The position numbers and the translations under genes are program-made. Below, piece by piece: positions 24,301-36,492 of a stretch of 64,000 nucleotides of DNA; positions within the stretch are counted from its first letter, which is position 1; each line of letters starts with the position of its first letter. The DNA lies in NCBI RefSeq assembly GCF_947568905.1, contig NC_079168.1, forward strand, positions 93,930,001 through 93,994,000. The letters are read 5' to 3'. The notes under the pieces are model-generated. The model did not search any database, was not told the DNA's origin, and was given only the letters and a program-made list of their open reading frames with translations. Source of the DNA: Ostrea edulis (taxonomy: Eukaryota).

Positions 24301-24755
24301 CTTTAAATGTATAACAAAAATTAAAAATATGCAGTGTAATATGACACCTTATTCATACTTGATTCATGGATATTCATTTTTTTCCATCTACATAGCTTAG
24401 GAACAAGAGTTTAAGGAGTGACTGAAAAATCTGCGAAATTTGATAATGACCCTAACATAAGTAAGAATGGATACGGGCCCGCACTGATGTGGGTATGAGC
24501 TTAGTGCATAGGTCTGAATTTGTGGTACTTTACTACAGTTTGTGTTGTCTCATTACAAAAGAAAAGGTGAAAATAAAGAATAGTTATTTAAATGTAAGTG
24601 ATATAGACATCGTATAAGAGGTGACCTTCAAAACGGAGTCCTGTGTCGCGAAAGGCGTTGGCACCTTAAGGAACCCCCACTGATACGATCATGGGTAGAT
24701 CTAAATTTATGGTATTGCACTTACACATGATGATATCTTTTAAACATAAACCAAA

Positions 24756-25000
24756 CAAGCAGACATGAAAGATGAACTTAACCAGACTCTCATGTCGCGA
24801 CAAGCAGACATCATATGAAAGATGAACTTAACCAGACTCTCATGTCGCGACAAGCAGACATCAAATGAAAGATGAACTTAACCAGACTCTCATGTCGCGA
24901 CAAGCAGACATCAAATGAAAGATGAATTTAACCAGACTCTCATGTCGCGACAAGCAGACATCAAATGAAAGATGAACTTAAACAGACTCTCATGTCGCGA
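24756..25000 (+). repeat. Tandem minisatellite, about 4.9 x 50 bp
   Basis: Unit CAAGCAGACATCAAATGAAAGATGAACTTAACCAGACTCTCATGTCGCGA at 24801, 24851, 24901, 24951 plus a shortened first copy. Confidence 0.95.
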
Positions 25001-25180
25001 CGAGAGCGTTGGCACGAAAAAGTCATCATTGCTTGCCTACTTTTCTCTTATGATTTTATGACAGCGATTTCTCGAATATTTTTCGACTAAGAAATTTGTA
25101 GAGATGAGACGTCAAAATAGAAATGATCATTGAATTTTTTTCTTCTGATTATTGTTCGCGCATTTTCTCGGGTATGTGTA

Positions 25181-25336
25181 ACCGCTGCGGGGGTCTAGAG
25201 GTAGAGCGTTCGCCCCGCAAGTGTAAGGTAGGGGTTCGAATCCCTGCCGCGACAGATCTGTGCCATTAAAACAGGTAGTGACAGTTCCATCGCCAAACGC
25301 TCGCCATCAGGTGTGAATGTCACGGGTCCTCAGAGA
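25181..25336 (+). mobile_element. tRNA-headed SINE, 3'-truncated
   Basis: A box GGTCTAGAGGTAG, B box GGTTCGAATCC (about 25232), continuing into the same body as 35152 and 38202. Confidence 0.8.
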
Positions 25337-25507
25337 TTGCCGTTGCAACGCTTAACAATACAAATTATCGCATAATGATAATTATATAGCTACAGTATAA
25401 ACCGTTAATCATACAGTCCCCACTAATGACACAATTGGAACACTTGCAAGTGCTGTTGCGATGTAACAAGCACAAATTTGCAGTCCAACAGCACAAGTTG
25501 TATCAAG

Positions 25508-25776
25508 ATTGATTGATTTTATATTGTTTAACGTCCCTCTCGAGAATATTTCACTGATATGGAGACGTCACCAATGCCGGTTAAAGGCTGCAAAATTTAA
25601 GCCTATGCTCGGCGCTTACGGACTTTGAGCAGAGAGAGATCTTCATCGTGCTACACCTGTTGTGACACGGGACCTCGGTTTTTGCGGTCTCATCCGAAAG
25701 ACCGCTCCATTTAGTCGTCTCTTACGACAAGCAAGGGGTACTGAGGACTTATTCTAACCCGGCGGATCCCCACGGG
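25508..25776 (-). mobile_element. Full-length Meta-domain SINE with non-tRNA head and TSD
   Basis: Same family as 22787-23053; flanked by GTTGTATCAAGA / GTTATATCAAGA (about 12-bp TSD, 1 mismatch). Confidence 0.8.
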
Positions 25777-26650
25777 AGTGGTTATATCAAGAAGATCATC
25801 AAGCGTCACAATAACAACGATTGATAAGACAAACCTGCTGTGTTTGTGTGAACTTGACATTATTAACATTTTCTTTACTGTTATAAATTCTATTGTTTCA
25901 CTGTTTTATATTTTTTGAATTCGAATGTGTGCTTCAAATCCGACAGATCGGTAAATCTGTTTCAATCAATGTTGCTCTTTATATTTCAAAGTTCGAAATA
26001 TCTTTTCGATTTACATGTATATGATTCTTAAACATTCGGAGTTTAAATCAGAATATCCCCTGTGTAGGCCATTGATATTAAAGCAAGCGGTGAGAATCTA
26101 GAGATTTTTCAGTAGAAGGGAAAATATCATCTGTCTATCTATCTCTATCTAATTATATCTCTATATATATCTACATGAATGTGTACAAACATCTATGACA
26201 TAGCAGCGATATTATTGTGAAGGCGTGAATAAAATAGAAAAAGAAAGAGTACGAAAATACACTCTTTTTACATGCAGTCTTCAATATTTTAATCAAAGTA
26301 CAATGAAATGAAAAATAGTAAACTTTACTTTCTTTGGTGACGGTGGACAGATCTTTGGCCGTCTATATTCAATAAAATTACATTGGTCTCGTATGAAGTT
26401 TGGCAATTACATTTAGGAAATATGAGGCACATGTGTGATTGTAATTTAGAATTTACTGGGTGGAAATAAACTAAACCCCAATATGACAACTCCTAATGTA
26501 ATTTTTGTATTTGCACCCACCCAATAAATTCAAAAACACATGTATACTTTTCTTAAGGGGTTTATGTGATATGGCAAAATATAAACAAAAATTTCGGCCT
26601 TCATAACCGAAAAATAATAGTAAAGATGTCTGCGATTAATAATCTATTGA

Positions 26651-26784
26651 TTATTAATGCCATGAGAAACAGCGGAAGATATCTCTAGTTAGAATTCAGA
26701 TAGCCGTAAATTAGGTAATTATTAATGCCACGAGAAACAGCGAAAGATATCTCTAGTTAGTTTTCAAATAGCCGTTATTTAGGC
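26651..26784 (+). repeat. Tandem duplication, 2 x about 68 bp
   Basis: TTATTAATGCCA(T/C)GAGAAACAGCG(G/A)AAGATATCTCTAGTTAG repeated. Confidence 0.85.
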
Positions 26785-27136
26785 ATCATTATGATTGGTA
26801 TCTTCTAATATTAGCATATTTTATGTTATTTAAACTGATAAAGCTGTTATGATAATGAAAATACTGGATGGAAGGGAAAAAAGCTTCTGAAATAATTATC
26901 TGATTATCATAGATAGATAGATGATATTTTTAATGAAAAAACGACTAACATTTCAAACAATGTGAAACCCAGCAAAAGCCCCTGGGCTTTGGTTTGATAT
27001 TTTTACGATGTCGTACATATACAAGAAAATGAATAAGAAAATAAACCGAATGCTTCAATATATAATTCCTATCCAATTTGTCTGTCAATTCATTTCAGGG
27101 CAATACTGGGAAAACGTGTCAGAACTCTATGTACCC

Positions 27137-27585
27137 TAGTTTCTGTGGAAACGAGGGGGTTATTTATATTCGGTCTTTCCTGTCCCCCTCGTTTCTGTCC
27201 AAGCCTTGATAAAGTATGTGGGAAATCCGTCGCGTTTCGATTTCAATTTATTTCAGCTTACATTTGATGTGAATCGTTCGAAAACTTACATAAATCAATT
27301 CATGAATGATTTTGCCGCAAGGGAATACAATTGAAACCATTCAATTCCACACTAAAGCAACTATAATCGTCGTCATTTCAAACACTACATCCTTTCGCTA
27401 TCAAATTCGCCTCCATGATAAACAATGCCTTCAGCGCATGCGTCATTTCATTTTGTAAAAATAAAAATAATTGAAATCGAAGCGCGACGGATTTCCCACA
27501 TACTTTATCAAGGCTTGGACAGAAACGAAGGGGATAGGAAAGACCGAATATAAATACCCCCCCCCCCCCGTTTCCACAGAAACTA
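27137..27585. mobile_element. 449-bp MITE with about 115-bp TIRs and 9-bp TSD (Mutator-like)
   Basis: TAGTTTCTGTGGAAACG...CGTTTCCACAGAAACTA; TATGTACCC at 27128-27136 and 27586-27594. Confidence 0.88.
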
Positions 27586-29925
27586 TATGTACCCCAATAT
27601 GAACCAACGAAAACCATATATTTTACACACTTTGATTCCCATATAAGAAAACATTTATTTTCTTAGACCTCTACCTGATGCTTTAACATATATTTGGCAG
27701 CATTCCATGTGTCAAACAATACATTTAAATTGATGTCAAAAAACCCTCTAATGGCACCAATACATGTATCTAGGCAGTGATAGTCAGAATTCAGTATTGT
27801 CTGCTGATGTTGACTTCGCGACATGTAAAACTTTTATATTGATCTGGTAATTTAGTAAACAAGAACTGAAAAAAAGAAATAATAATAGGAATATGTAAAT
27901 TATATTAATTCCAGCTGACAAAGCTTGCAACGACATTGTCTTTCTTTGTCAGGCTCAATATTACAACGAACGAACTTGGCTTACTTATACTCCAAAAAAG
28001 AAAATTCTTCAAAATCGCGCTTCAGTTTTAAACACTTTTAGTATCTGTGAAGGGGAATATATAAACAACATGTAAATCTAAAGCTGTCATTTCCAGGAAA
28101 TCGGGAAATCATATCATTCTACGTCGCTTCGATCTTTGATCTTGTACCTTCTACAGAGAAGCAGTGCCTGACAAAGCTTTACAAAAATAGTACCATCGTA
28201 TTACTGCTTACATTCTGAATGTTACATATTTCTACAGCGTTCTTGAATTGGTGACAAAATTTATCAAATGTATTTATAAAATTTCATGTCAATTCATTAA
28301 TTTTAGGTGCGCTTCTCTTTATATTCCCGTTTAAGTCAGCAAAGAGAATGCAAGGAAGTGCGTAAATCCTTCATTATAGTGTGTTGTACAACTTTTGTAT
28401 TTCAGTCAATTTTATACAAGGCCCAACGGACCTATATGTCACTTTAAATAATTTGACACAGTAAACGATATTTGCTCACGCACAGTCATTTGGATGTATA
28501 TTCATATGTATAATTGAATTATGTGGCTTTTTTTGTCAGGTGTTTATTGCACGATGGAATATATGACGGAATGCTATGTTAAAATGCTACTGCAGCGAAA
28601 TCCGGTATTTCACTTTTTTCTTTCAGATAATATGAAATGAATGGCCTACATTTTTGCAGTTACTCCCCTTACACCAGGCGTTGGGGGCGCGCTTACGATT
28701 GCGGTCCTAGCCTTCACATAAATAGTGTTAACAAATAGTGTATAGTAAAGCTTACGTTACCAAATTCTTTATTATGCTTGAGTTTTAACAGGTTGTATTT
28801 TATAGATCTACGACACAAACAAGGTTGAATTTCTTTAATTTTATGGGGAAATTTTTTTTTTTTAAATATGCACTTCGTCAAATTGTAGAGTTGGGGGAGG
28901 GGGTGTTAAAGGCGTATTTGACGTTATTTCTGTCCAAGTTATAATGCAATTAATACCGAGAATTTCAGTAGTAATCTGATTTAAAAACAACATACACTTA
29001 GAATTAAAGCACAATGAAAGCATGTGATATAATCAGGCACGTTGCATCGGGTTTTAAAAAAAAAAAAGGGGGGGGGGATTGACTTCATGATATTGCCCAA
29101 CAATTCTTGACAAGTAAATCTTTTTAAAATGCAAAGCTCGAGAAGAAAGGCTTCAAGGGTTGATCTTTCAGTTCCATTACCATTCACAATGCTGTTTTTT
29201 TTTAAACAAGGGGGGGGGGGGCTTGCAGCTTATCATTAGATCGAACTTCGCTCTTACTTCGCATGTAATAATAAAAGGGGACAGACCCATTGTTACTACG
29301 TGCCTGATAATTGTTTTTGTGCTCATTTGAGTAAATGAAGTGCAAGAAGAGCCATAAGTTTAATGATTTACATAAAATTTAACTTTCAAAAGATTGAATC
29401 ACACGCACGTTGCATCGTTTTAAAAAAAAAAGGGGGGGGTGATTTTATAATATTGTCCTACATTTCTTGACAAGTAATTTTTTTTTTAAAATCCATGTTC
29501 TGTTTATTGCCACTTGGTGTATATCTAGCAACAAGCAGTTTGAAATGATAAATTGATGAGGTACATGTATGCATTGCTTGCACATGTGTTTTTAGGCTTA
29601 TCTTATTGCATGTGTTTTGGTTGTCGAAAATAGTGATCAAAATCAATAATGAAGAATTGCTGATATACTAAAGACATCCTGATTCTGATCTAAAGAAGTC
29701 GAGGAGTAGTTAATATTTACATACTTTCTTACATCATTACCATATACTGCTTGCGAGAAAACCACACAAGAGACACATACTAGTAGATGGTATCAGTAAC
29801 TAAACTATTATTGCTCAGTTAAACTATTTTTAAGCCATTACACTTAATTCTTAGAAAAAATCCTTAACTGGCAATTGATTGGAATCAAAATTTATAAAGT
29901 TTTCATTTATTCCCTATATGACACC

Positions 29926-32034
29926 CACAGGCACTTGTTTCTGTAAATGACTTATGACCTCTGTATACTTTTAACAACACAAGGTACCTAGCTTCAAATG
30001 ACACAGAATGGCACCCCCTGAGAATGTCGGCTTTTTGAGCCTCCAGGGAATATGCTATGTAAATGTATTTACTACCGTTGTATTGTACAATCATTCAACT
30101 TATAAACCATGTATGACATGACTGCATTCATTGCCTCTTATCGCCGAAAACTGCAACAAAACATGGATTTTCCGTTAGTGCTATGTACTGATACCGCACA
30201 GAATGAAAATTGTATATTCGTTGGGTTGAAAAGTCTCATTGTTTTATTATCACAATAAATTGATACGATGTTTATTACCAAAAAATCTTGAAAATATTGC
30301 TTTGTTAACAAAATAAAAAAATTGAACTGAAGACGCTGTACGCTATTTTTAGTTACTAAAAAAAAACAACAACCCCAAAGCTGTTCGTACATTTCGGGAT
30401 TTTACATGTCATCAGAAGATAGAAGCTAAGTCTTCCGGAGTGGAGATTTAAAAATATTTTCGTGTCGGAATCATTTCTGATGAAGATGACAATGAAATTA
30501 TGACTTACTGTAAATACAACTTCGTTAACTAGTATGAGAAATATTTCTGCCAATTGCATGTTTCATCAGATCTATGGAAAGTCAGAGAAAATACAGATAA
30601 AAGATTATTTGGAAGTATGCAAAATAGAGCATGGAAAGTTTTTTAGTGATGTGTTATTGACTTTGTGCTATGTATTGATGTGACAAGTACCTGTTGTTAC
30701 ATTGAAGTTTTATGAAACCCACCATAAGTACCAAGAACGCTGCAGGCACATATCAATGTTTTTCGGAGGCGACTGGCCAACCCTGTTAATTGACAATGAA
30801 CATTAACTGTTATTTTCATGCATGCAAATGAAGGTATATTGCGAGAATGGCCACTCCACTATTTTTGATAGTACTATGTAGTAGTGAATGAGAAGATATT
30901 AATGCATGTAAGCTTGAAAGTTATAAAATGAAGGCCTGGAGCAAAGAATGACCCCCCATCCCAGCCTGAGGGGAAAAAATTGAGACAGCAATGCCGAACA
31001 CTATACCCCCCCCCCTAATTAAGGTTCTGAAGATCTTTATCATGACTATTATATTTTTATCATTGTCTGTCAGGAAATTTAAACAAGCCATGTACAACTT
31101 CCAACTTCTCCGGCGAACCCCCTCCCCCGCATCCCTAATATTATGGATCTGTGCCGATATGGAAAAATTCACAGGCATCTGAAGTATGGACACCCCCCTT
31201 TCTGATTTTTTGGGGCGGCGATTATTTCTCCGAAATGTGTGGATTCCCCGTCTATTCCATCCTAATTTCGATTTATGTAATCGTAAACATGCTTTTTTGT
31301 AAGCCTTATACTTGCCTTATACTGTTTATAATAAGTATATTTTATTATACCAGTCCAGTAGAAGGCCAATCTCTAAAGGTTGTAAAACGACTACATCTAT
31401 CGAAATTGGGTTGAGAGAGACAAGGAATCCACACATTTTGTAGGGAATTGTCACCGCAGAAAAAAAATCAGAAGGGGGGATTATAGTTATCAGGTGTCTG
31501 TGAAAAAAAATATACGGGGGATGGAGTCCCCTTTATTTTTTGTAGCATTCCCCCCCCCCCCCCCCTAATGTTAGTAACTAAATTATGTAAACTAAGATCA
31601 ATTGTGGTTAATGGTCACCATTAAAATCATCCTTTTGCCTGTTATTTTAATTCATCTCTGATGCTCTATCTTTCTATAAATAACTCTAAAGAATTCCAAA
31701 CGTAATTTTAGAAGAGCGTGCTAGCCAGTCAAAATCGCCCACGTATTCTGCGCGGTATCGGTACATAGCACTTCGTGGTATAAAACGGAAAATCCATGTT
31801 TTGTTGCAGTTTTCGGCGATAAGAGGCAATGAATGCAGTCATGTCATACATGGTTTTTAAGTTGAATGATTGTACAATACAACGATAGTAAATACATTTA
31901 CATCGCATATTCCCTGGAGGCTCAACAGGCCGACATTCTCAGGGGGTGCCATACTGTGTCATTTGAAGCTAGGTACCTTGTGTTGTTATTAGTATACTGA
32001 GGTCATAAGTCATTTACAGAAACAAGTGCCTGTG
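29926..32034. mobile_element. 2109-bp non-autonomous P/Galileo-like element with about 280-bp TIRs and 8-bp TSD
   Basis: CACAGGCAC...GTGCCTGTG (CANRG terminus); arms 29926-30204 and 31745-32034; ATGACACC at 29918-29925 and 32035-32042. Confidence 0.88.
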
Positions 32035-32904
32035 ATGACACCGTCAACTGAGGGCCACAATATGCTGCGCGCCATCTGTAATCATGGGGAAATAACTCGC
32101 ATAGCATTGTGAAAAATGTAGGCCATTGTTATACGATTTGTTGTGATATACAATTTTAAAGTTTTTGCATTGCTTATAAATATCGTGAGGAATATAATCG
32201 ACTACGGAATGTCCACGAGCTAAAAGGGACGTGTATCTGACCGACTGTACATCATAATGTCCAATTAATACACAACAGCGACTGTCATTTAAAAAGTCGA
32301 AAAGATTTTTGTGCTAGTTTTGTGGAAAATATTGTCGATACAGTAATTAATATCGTTAACATTGCACCAAATATAATTATTGCGTCAACGTCATGATGCA
32401 AGTATATTTCTGTAAGATGGGAAAAGAAGGAACTTGCATCACGGCCCCAGGGAGAATTTTCTGGTGGCAAATAAGTTGAATATAGAACAAAGAGAAAATC
32501 ATTGACTTTGTTTTGAAATTGAATTCCTGGGATGCCTTCAAAGGACATCCATGATGTTTATGTTGTAAACCTTAAATAGCCAGTTGTTTTTTTTTTTTTT
32601 TTTTTTGTTTTTTTTTTTTGTTTTTTTTTTTCAAATTCCAACTGAACCTTTTGGTGCGTTTACTGAATATGAGAATGGTTTAATCCCATCCATTTGTTGT
32701 CTTAATGTGATAAATTTAATTCATCTTTATCAATTAAATGAGTTTCGTTTACAATAATAATAATTTCAGTTCGTGATATGATTTGATCAAACCACATACA
32801 CTTAAGTGTCCTATTATTATTATTCGAAAGGGACGGGTGTTGGCCTAACCCTAAATGTAGAAAACTACAATGTTTAATTATTATGATTAAAGAAATTGTA
32901 TCTC

Positions 32905-33972
32905 AGGTCCTTGTGAAAGTTACCACATATAGATGAAATTCGCTTCCTGTTGTCTTAAGCGGCACATTAGTTACATGTAGTATCAAACATTGTTTGAAGA
33001 AACTGTTGTCTGAAAAAATTGAAAGCAAGATGTTTAACCTTTTATTTTATCTCTAACTGCTGAGGCTCAAGTACTTTCAATAATAGAAAAAAATTATATA
33101 GTACCTTATACGAATACAATTGTAGAAATTATTATTGATATGCAGTAAGATAACTCTATATATTTGGGATGTAGCTAAAACGGGGATTTGATAATGGAAT
33201 GGAAAACGGAAAATTTTATGCATTAATATTGGAAGGCCAGGAGTCAGCATTTTGTAAAATAAATAAACAAGGTAAGGAGAAATTACAAAGAGAATTTATG
33301 GTGCAGAATTTTAAGATAGAATTGTTTTACCGCTTGTGAACAAGTTCCTAAAACTTTATTTTAATCAAAATAAAGCATAATTGTCCGAATATTGGTGTTA
33401 ACTTTGTTGCATTATAATTATTTTAATTCTTAAATTCCCGTTAAATTTTCCGTTCCGCGTCCTAGCAACACCCATATATTAATGAACATTTGTGCCTATT
33501 TATTTGTCTATCTTGTAAAACCAACAATATCCACATGTATACATACATTTGTCCTTAGAGTAAAAGATATTAAAACGTATTTTTGCCTAACTTAGTGTTT
33601 CCCTGACCTCCGACCTGTAACCCCCCCCCCCCCCCCCCCCCCCGTTGTGAATTTTTTTGGATATGAAAATTATTGCACCTGGTAAAATTTAATCAATTTC
33701 GTATATTTACTTTGTACTTAGCACACCCACCCGTTCCGACGTTTAAAACTTCGTAAATGTCAACCCGAAAGACTACATCAAAGGAGAGACGAAATTTCAT
33801 TTAGATGTGGTAATTTTCACAGGGGCGGGGAGATACCATTTCTAATCATTATGATTAAGAATCTGTTTCGTTTCATTCTGTTTTGTTTCGTTTTGGTAGG
33901 TTTCGTTTCACTTTGGTAGATTTTGTTTCGTTTCAATTTCGCTTCGTTTCGATTACGTTTCGCATTTTACAG
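32905..33972. mobile_element. Older, truncated copy of the foldback family seen at 39524-41333
   Basis: Shares TGTGAAAGTTACCACATAT, GTCTGAAAAAATTGAAAGCA, CAATATCCACAT and a (GTTTC)n right arm ending TTTACAG. Confidence 0.65.
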
Positions 33973-34307
33973 AAGATATCCTTTTTCTACAGCATTGCTG
34001 CATTGATTTGAACGAAATGGGGTACATTGTCTATGTAAGGGGCGAGATAAAAAGATCGATGTCATCAATATTACCCGTCTCGATGGTCGGTTCTACTAAG
34101 TGCACTTTTTAGGTCAACAGAGTGCACTGAGCTTGGAGAGCGCTATGACGTCAAAATAGGAATAAAAGGGGAAAGCGCGTGCCGAGCTAGGGCTGTTCGT
34201 GCCGAGCTAAGGTGGGAAGCGGGTGCCGGGCTAACGCAGGAAGCACGTTCCAAGCTATAGACCATGGGCTAGTAAAGGTAATGGGGGACCCCCCAAGGGA
34301 TTTTTGC

Positions 34308-35030
34308 AAACAAGTATTTTTTGAAAGTACATAGTCCCTAGATTATAAATCAGGTTGTTTGACATTTCTACGTGGGGGCGTTTACGAGTTTTGGGGCAAA
34401 AAACATGAAATTTATAAAAATGATAGCCAAAAACTGGAAAAACTCTTCAGATCCGATATAGATGTCATTGACATTTCCAAACAAGTATTCTTTAAACGAA
34501 TATAACCCTTTGTTTATATATAAAGTTGTTTGACATAAATATGTGAGGGCAGTTACGAGTTTTGGGGCTAAAACATGATTTTTTTCATTAAAAATCGACG
34601 AAAACTGGTAAAAACTCTTCACATCCGATATAGTTGTCATTGACATTTACAAACAAGTATTATGTGAACCTATGTAACCCTTTGATTGACAAGATGGTTG
34701 ACATAAAGAATTGGGGATGTTTACGACTTTTGGGGCTAAAACATGATTTTTTTTCTTTAAAAATCGACGAAAAATAGAAACGTTCTTCAGATCATTTATA
34801 AATGATATGGACCTTTGAAAACAATTATTTTTTGAAAGTATGTAACTCTTGAATTGTGAAAAAGATTGCTTGACATTAATGCAAGGGGGCTTTTTCAAGT
34901 TTTGGGGCAAACTCATGAAAGTAATGTTTAAAAATGGAAAAACTTCGAGAATCTTACAAACACGATGGGGACATTTGCAAAAAAAGAACTTAACCCCTTG
35001 TTTATATATCAAGTTGTTTGACATTAAGGC
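34308..35030 (+). repeat. Diverged tandem array, about 4.3 x 170 bp
   Basis: AAACAAGTATT...TTGACAT...GTTTTGGGGC(A/T)AAA.CATGA...ACTCTTCA recurs at about 34308, 34479, 34650, 34818, 34978. Confidence 0.8.
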
Positions 35031-35151
35031 GAGGTATATGAATTACTGAGTTATTAGTAAGAGATATTCTTGCATGCAATATTAATCCAGAATTTGTAAT
35101 CGCATTGCAAATAGAAGTTTCAAACTCTTGAGTCTGTGAGTAACTTCTACA

Positions 35152-35428
35152 ACCGGCCGCGACAAACTAAGTTGTTAAAACAGGTAGTGACAGTTTCATC
35201 GCCAAACGCTCGGCATCAGATGTGAATGACACGAGTCCTCGGAGATGATCTTAAAACAGATGTCCCGTGTCGCAGTAGGTGTGTCACGCTAAAGAACCCT
35301 CACTGCTCAATGGCCGTGGGCGCCGAGTAAAGGCTTAAATTTGAAGCCTTTCACCGGTCTTGGTGACAGCTCCATATGAGTGAAAAATTCTCAAGAGGGA
35401 CGTTCAGCAAGATACAATCAATCAATCT
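35152..35428 (+). mobile_element. 5'-truncated Meta-domain SINE (tRNA-head family)
   Basis: GTTAAAACAGGTAGTGACAG body, GTCCCGTGTCGCAGTAGGTGTG core, (CAAT)n tail. Confidence 0.8.
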
Positions 35429-36148
35429 ACAATAACATAACAAGTTTGATAGTGTAATTAACTTAGTACTTCTCGTCAGATGGTGCATAGTCAATTTTAA
35501 GGTGAGATGCTTAGGTAATATCCATTTGTCATCCATAGCTGAGACACATATGTCCTGAGAGTACGAGTTGGGAAACCTTTCGCCATTGAAAATAAGATGG
35601 ATTGTCTGATACAACTTGAGAGAGACATGCAATGAGATATCATTTACACATGTATTCAGAGATGATGGAGATGTGGCCGTAATAAGTTATTGCATGGCAA
35701 TTTTGTGGCAGTCAGAAATCTGCCTTTTGATTATCATAACAGATTCTTTGACTTGAAAGGGCTAACGCAAATGCAGACTCAATTCAGTAACAACACATGC
35801 AGATGATATAAGTTCGCCTTTGGAGTTTTCCAAAATTCAATTTTGTTACCAAATTTTCTTTGTGTTTTTTATTTAGGTTTCAAGTTTTGTAATCACTGTT
35901 ATATGAATCAGGATAAATGACAAGTATCTCTCTCTGAGCTTTGTCATACTTTCAACCACAGAATTCTACACAATATTTATCTCCTTATATTCGGATAAAA
36001 GTCAAATGCCTTTCCATATTGCTCAAGAATTATATCAATTTTAGGTTCTGACTTGTTTAGATCATCGAACTTAGTGTACGTTTTTCTACAGGTTGGATAA
36101 AACATTAATTCCAACCAAATCAATATACTGAACTTCACTTATAGTTGT

Positions 36149-36492
36149 CCCGTGGGTATCTGGGTTAGAAGGGATAGGTCCTCAGTACCTTTTGCTTTTC
36201 GTAAGAGGCGAATAATGGGGCAAGAAAACCATTGCCCTGTGGGAATCCAGATTAGAATAGGTCCCCAGTACCCCTTTGCTTATTGTAATAGGTGACTAAA
36301 TGGGGCGGTCCTTTGGATGAGATCGCAAAAACCGAGGTCTTGTTTCACAGCAGGTGTGGCATGATAAAGATCCCTCCCTGCCCAATTGCCGTAATCACCG
36401 AGCAATTTTGCCGCCCTTCATCGGTAATGGTGACACTTCCATATGAGTGAAAAATCCTCGAGCAGTACGTTAAACAATATACAATCAACCAA
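36149..36492 (+). mobile_element. Meta-domain SINE with tandemly duplicated non-tRNA head
   Basis: Head CCCGTGG...GTAAGAGGCGAATAATGGGG (36149-36222) followed by a second head from about 36235 and a full body. Confidence 0.75.

Noticed and set aside
25181-25250. Functional tRNA genes (also 11315, 38202, 39501)
   Set aside because: A/B boxes run into SINE bodies and no complete cloverleaf forms; these are SINE heads.
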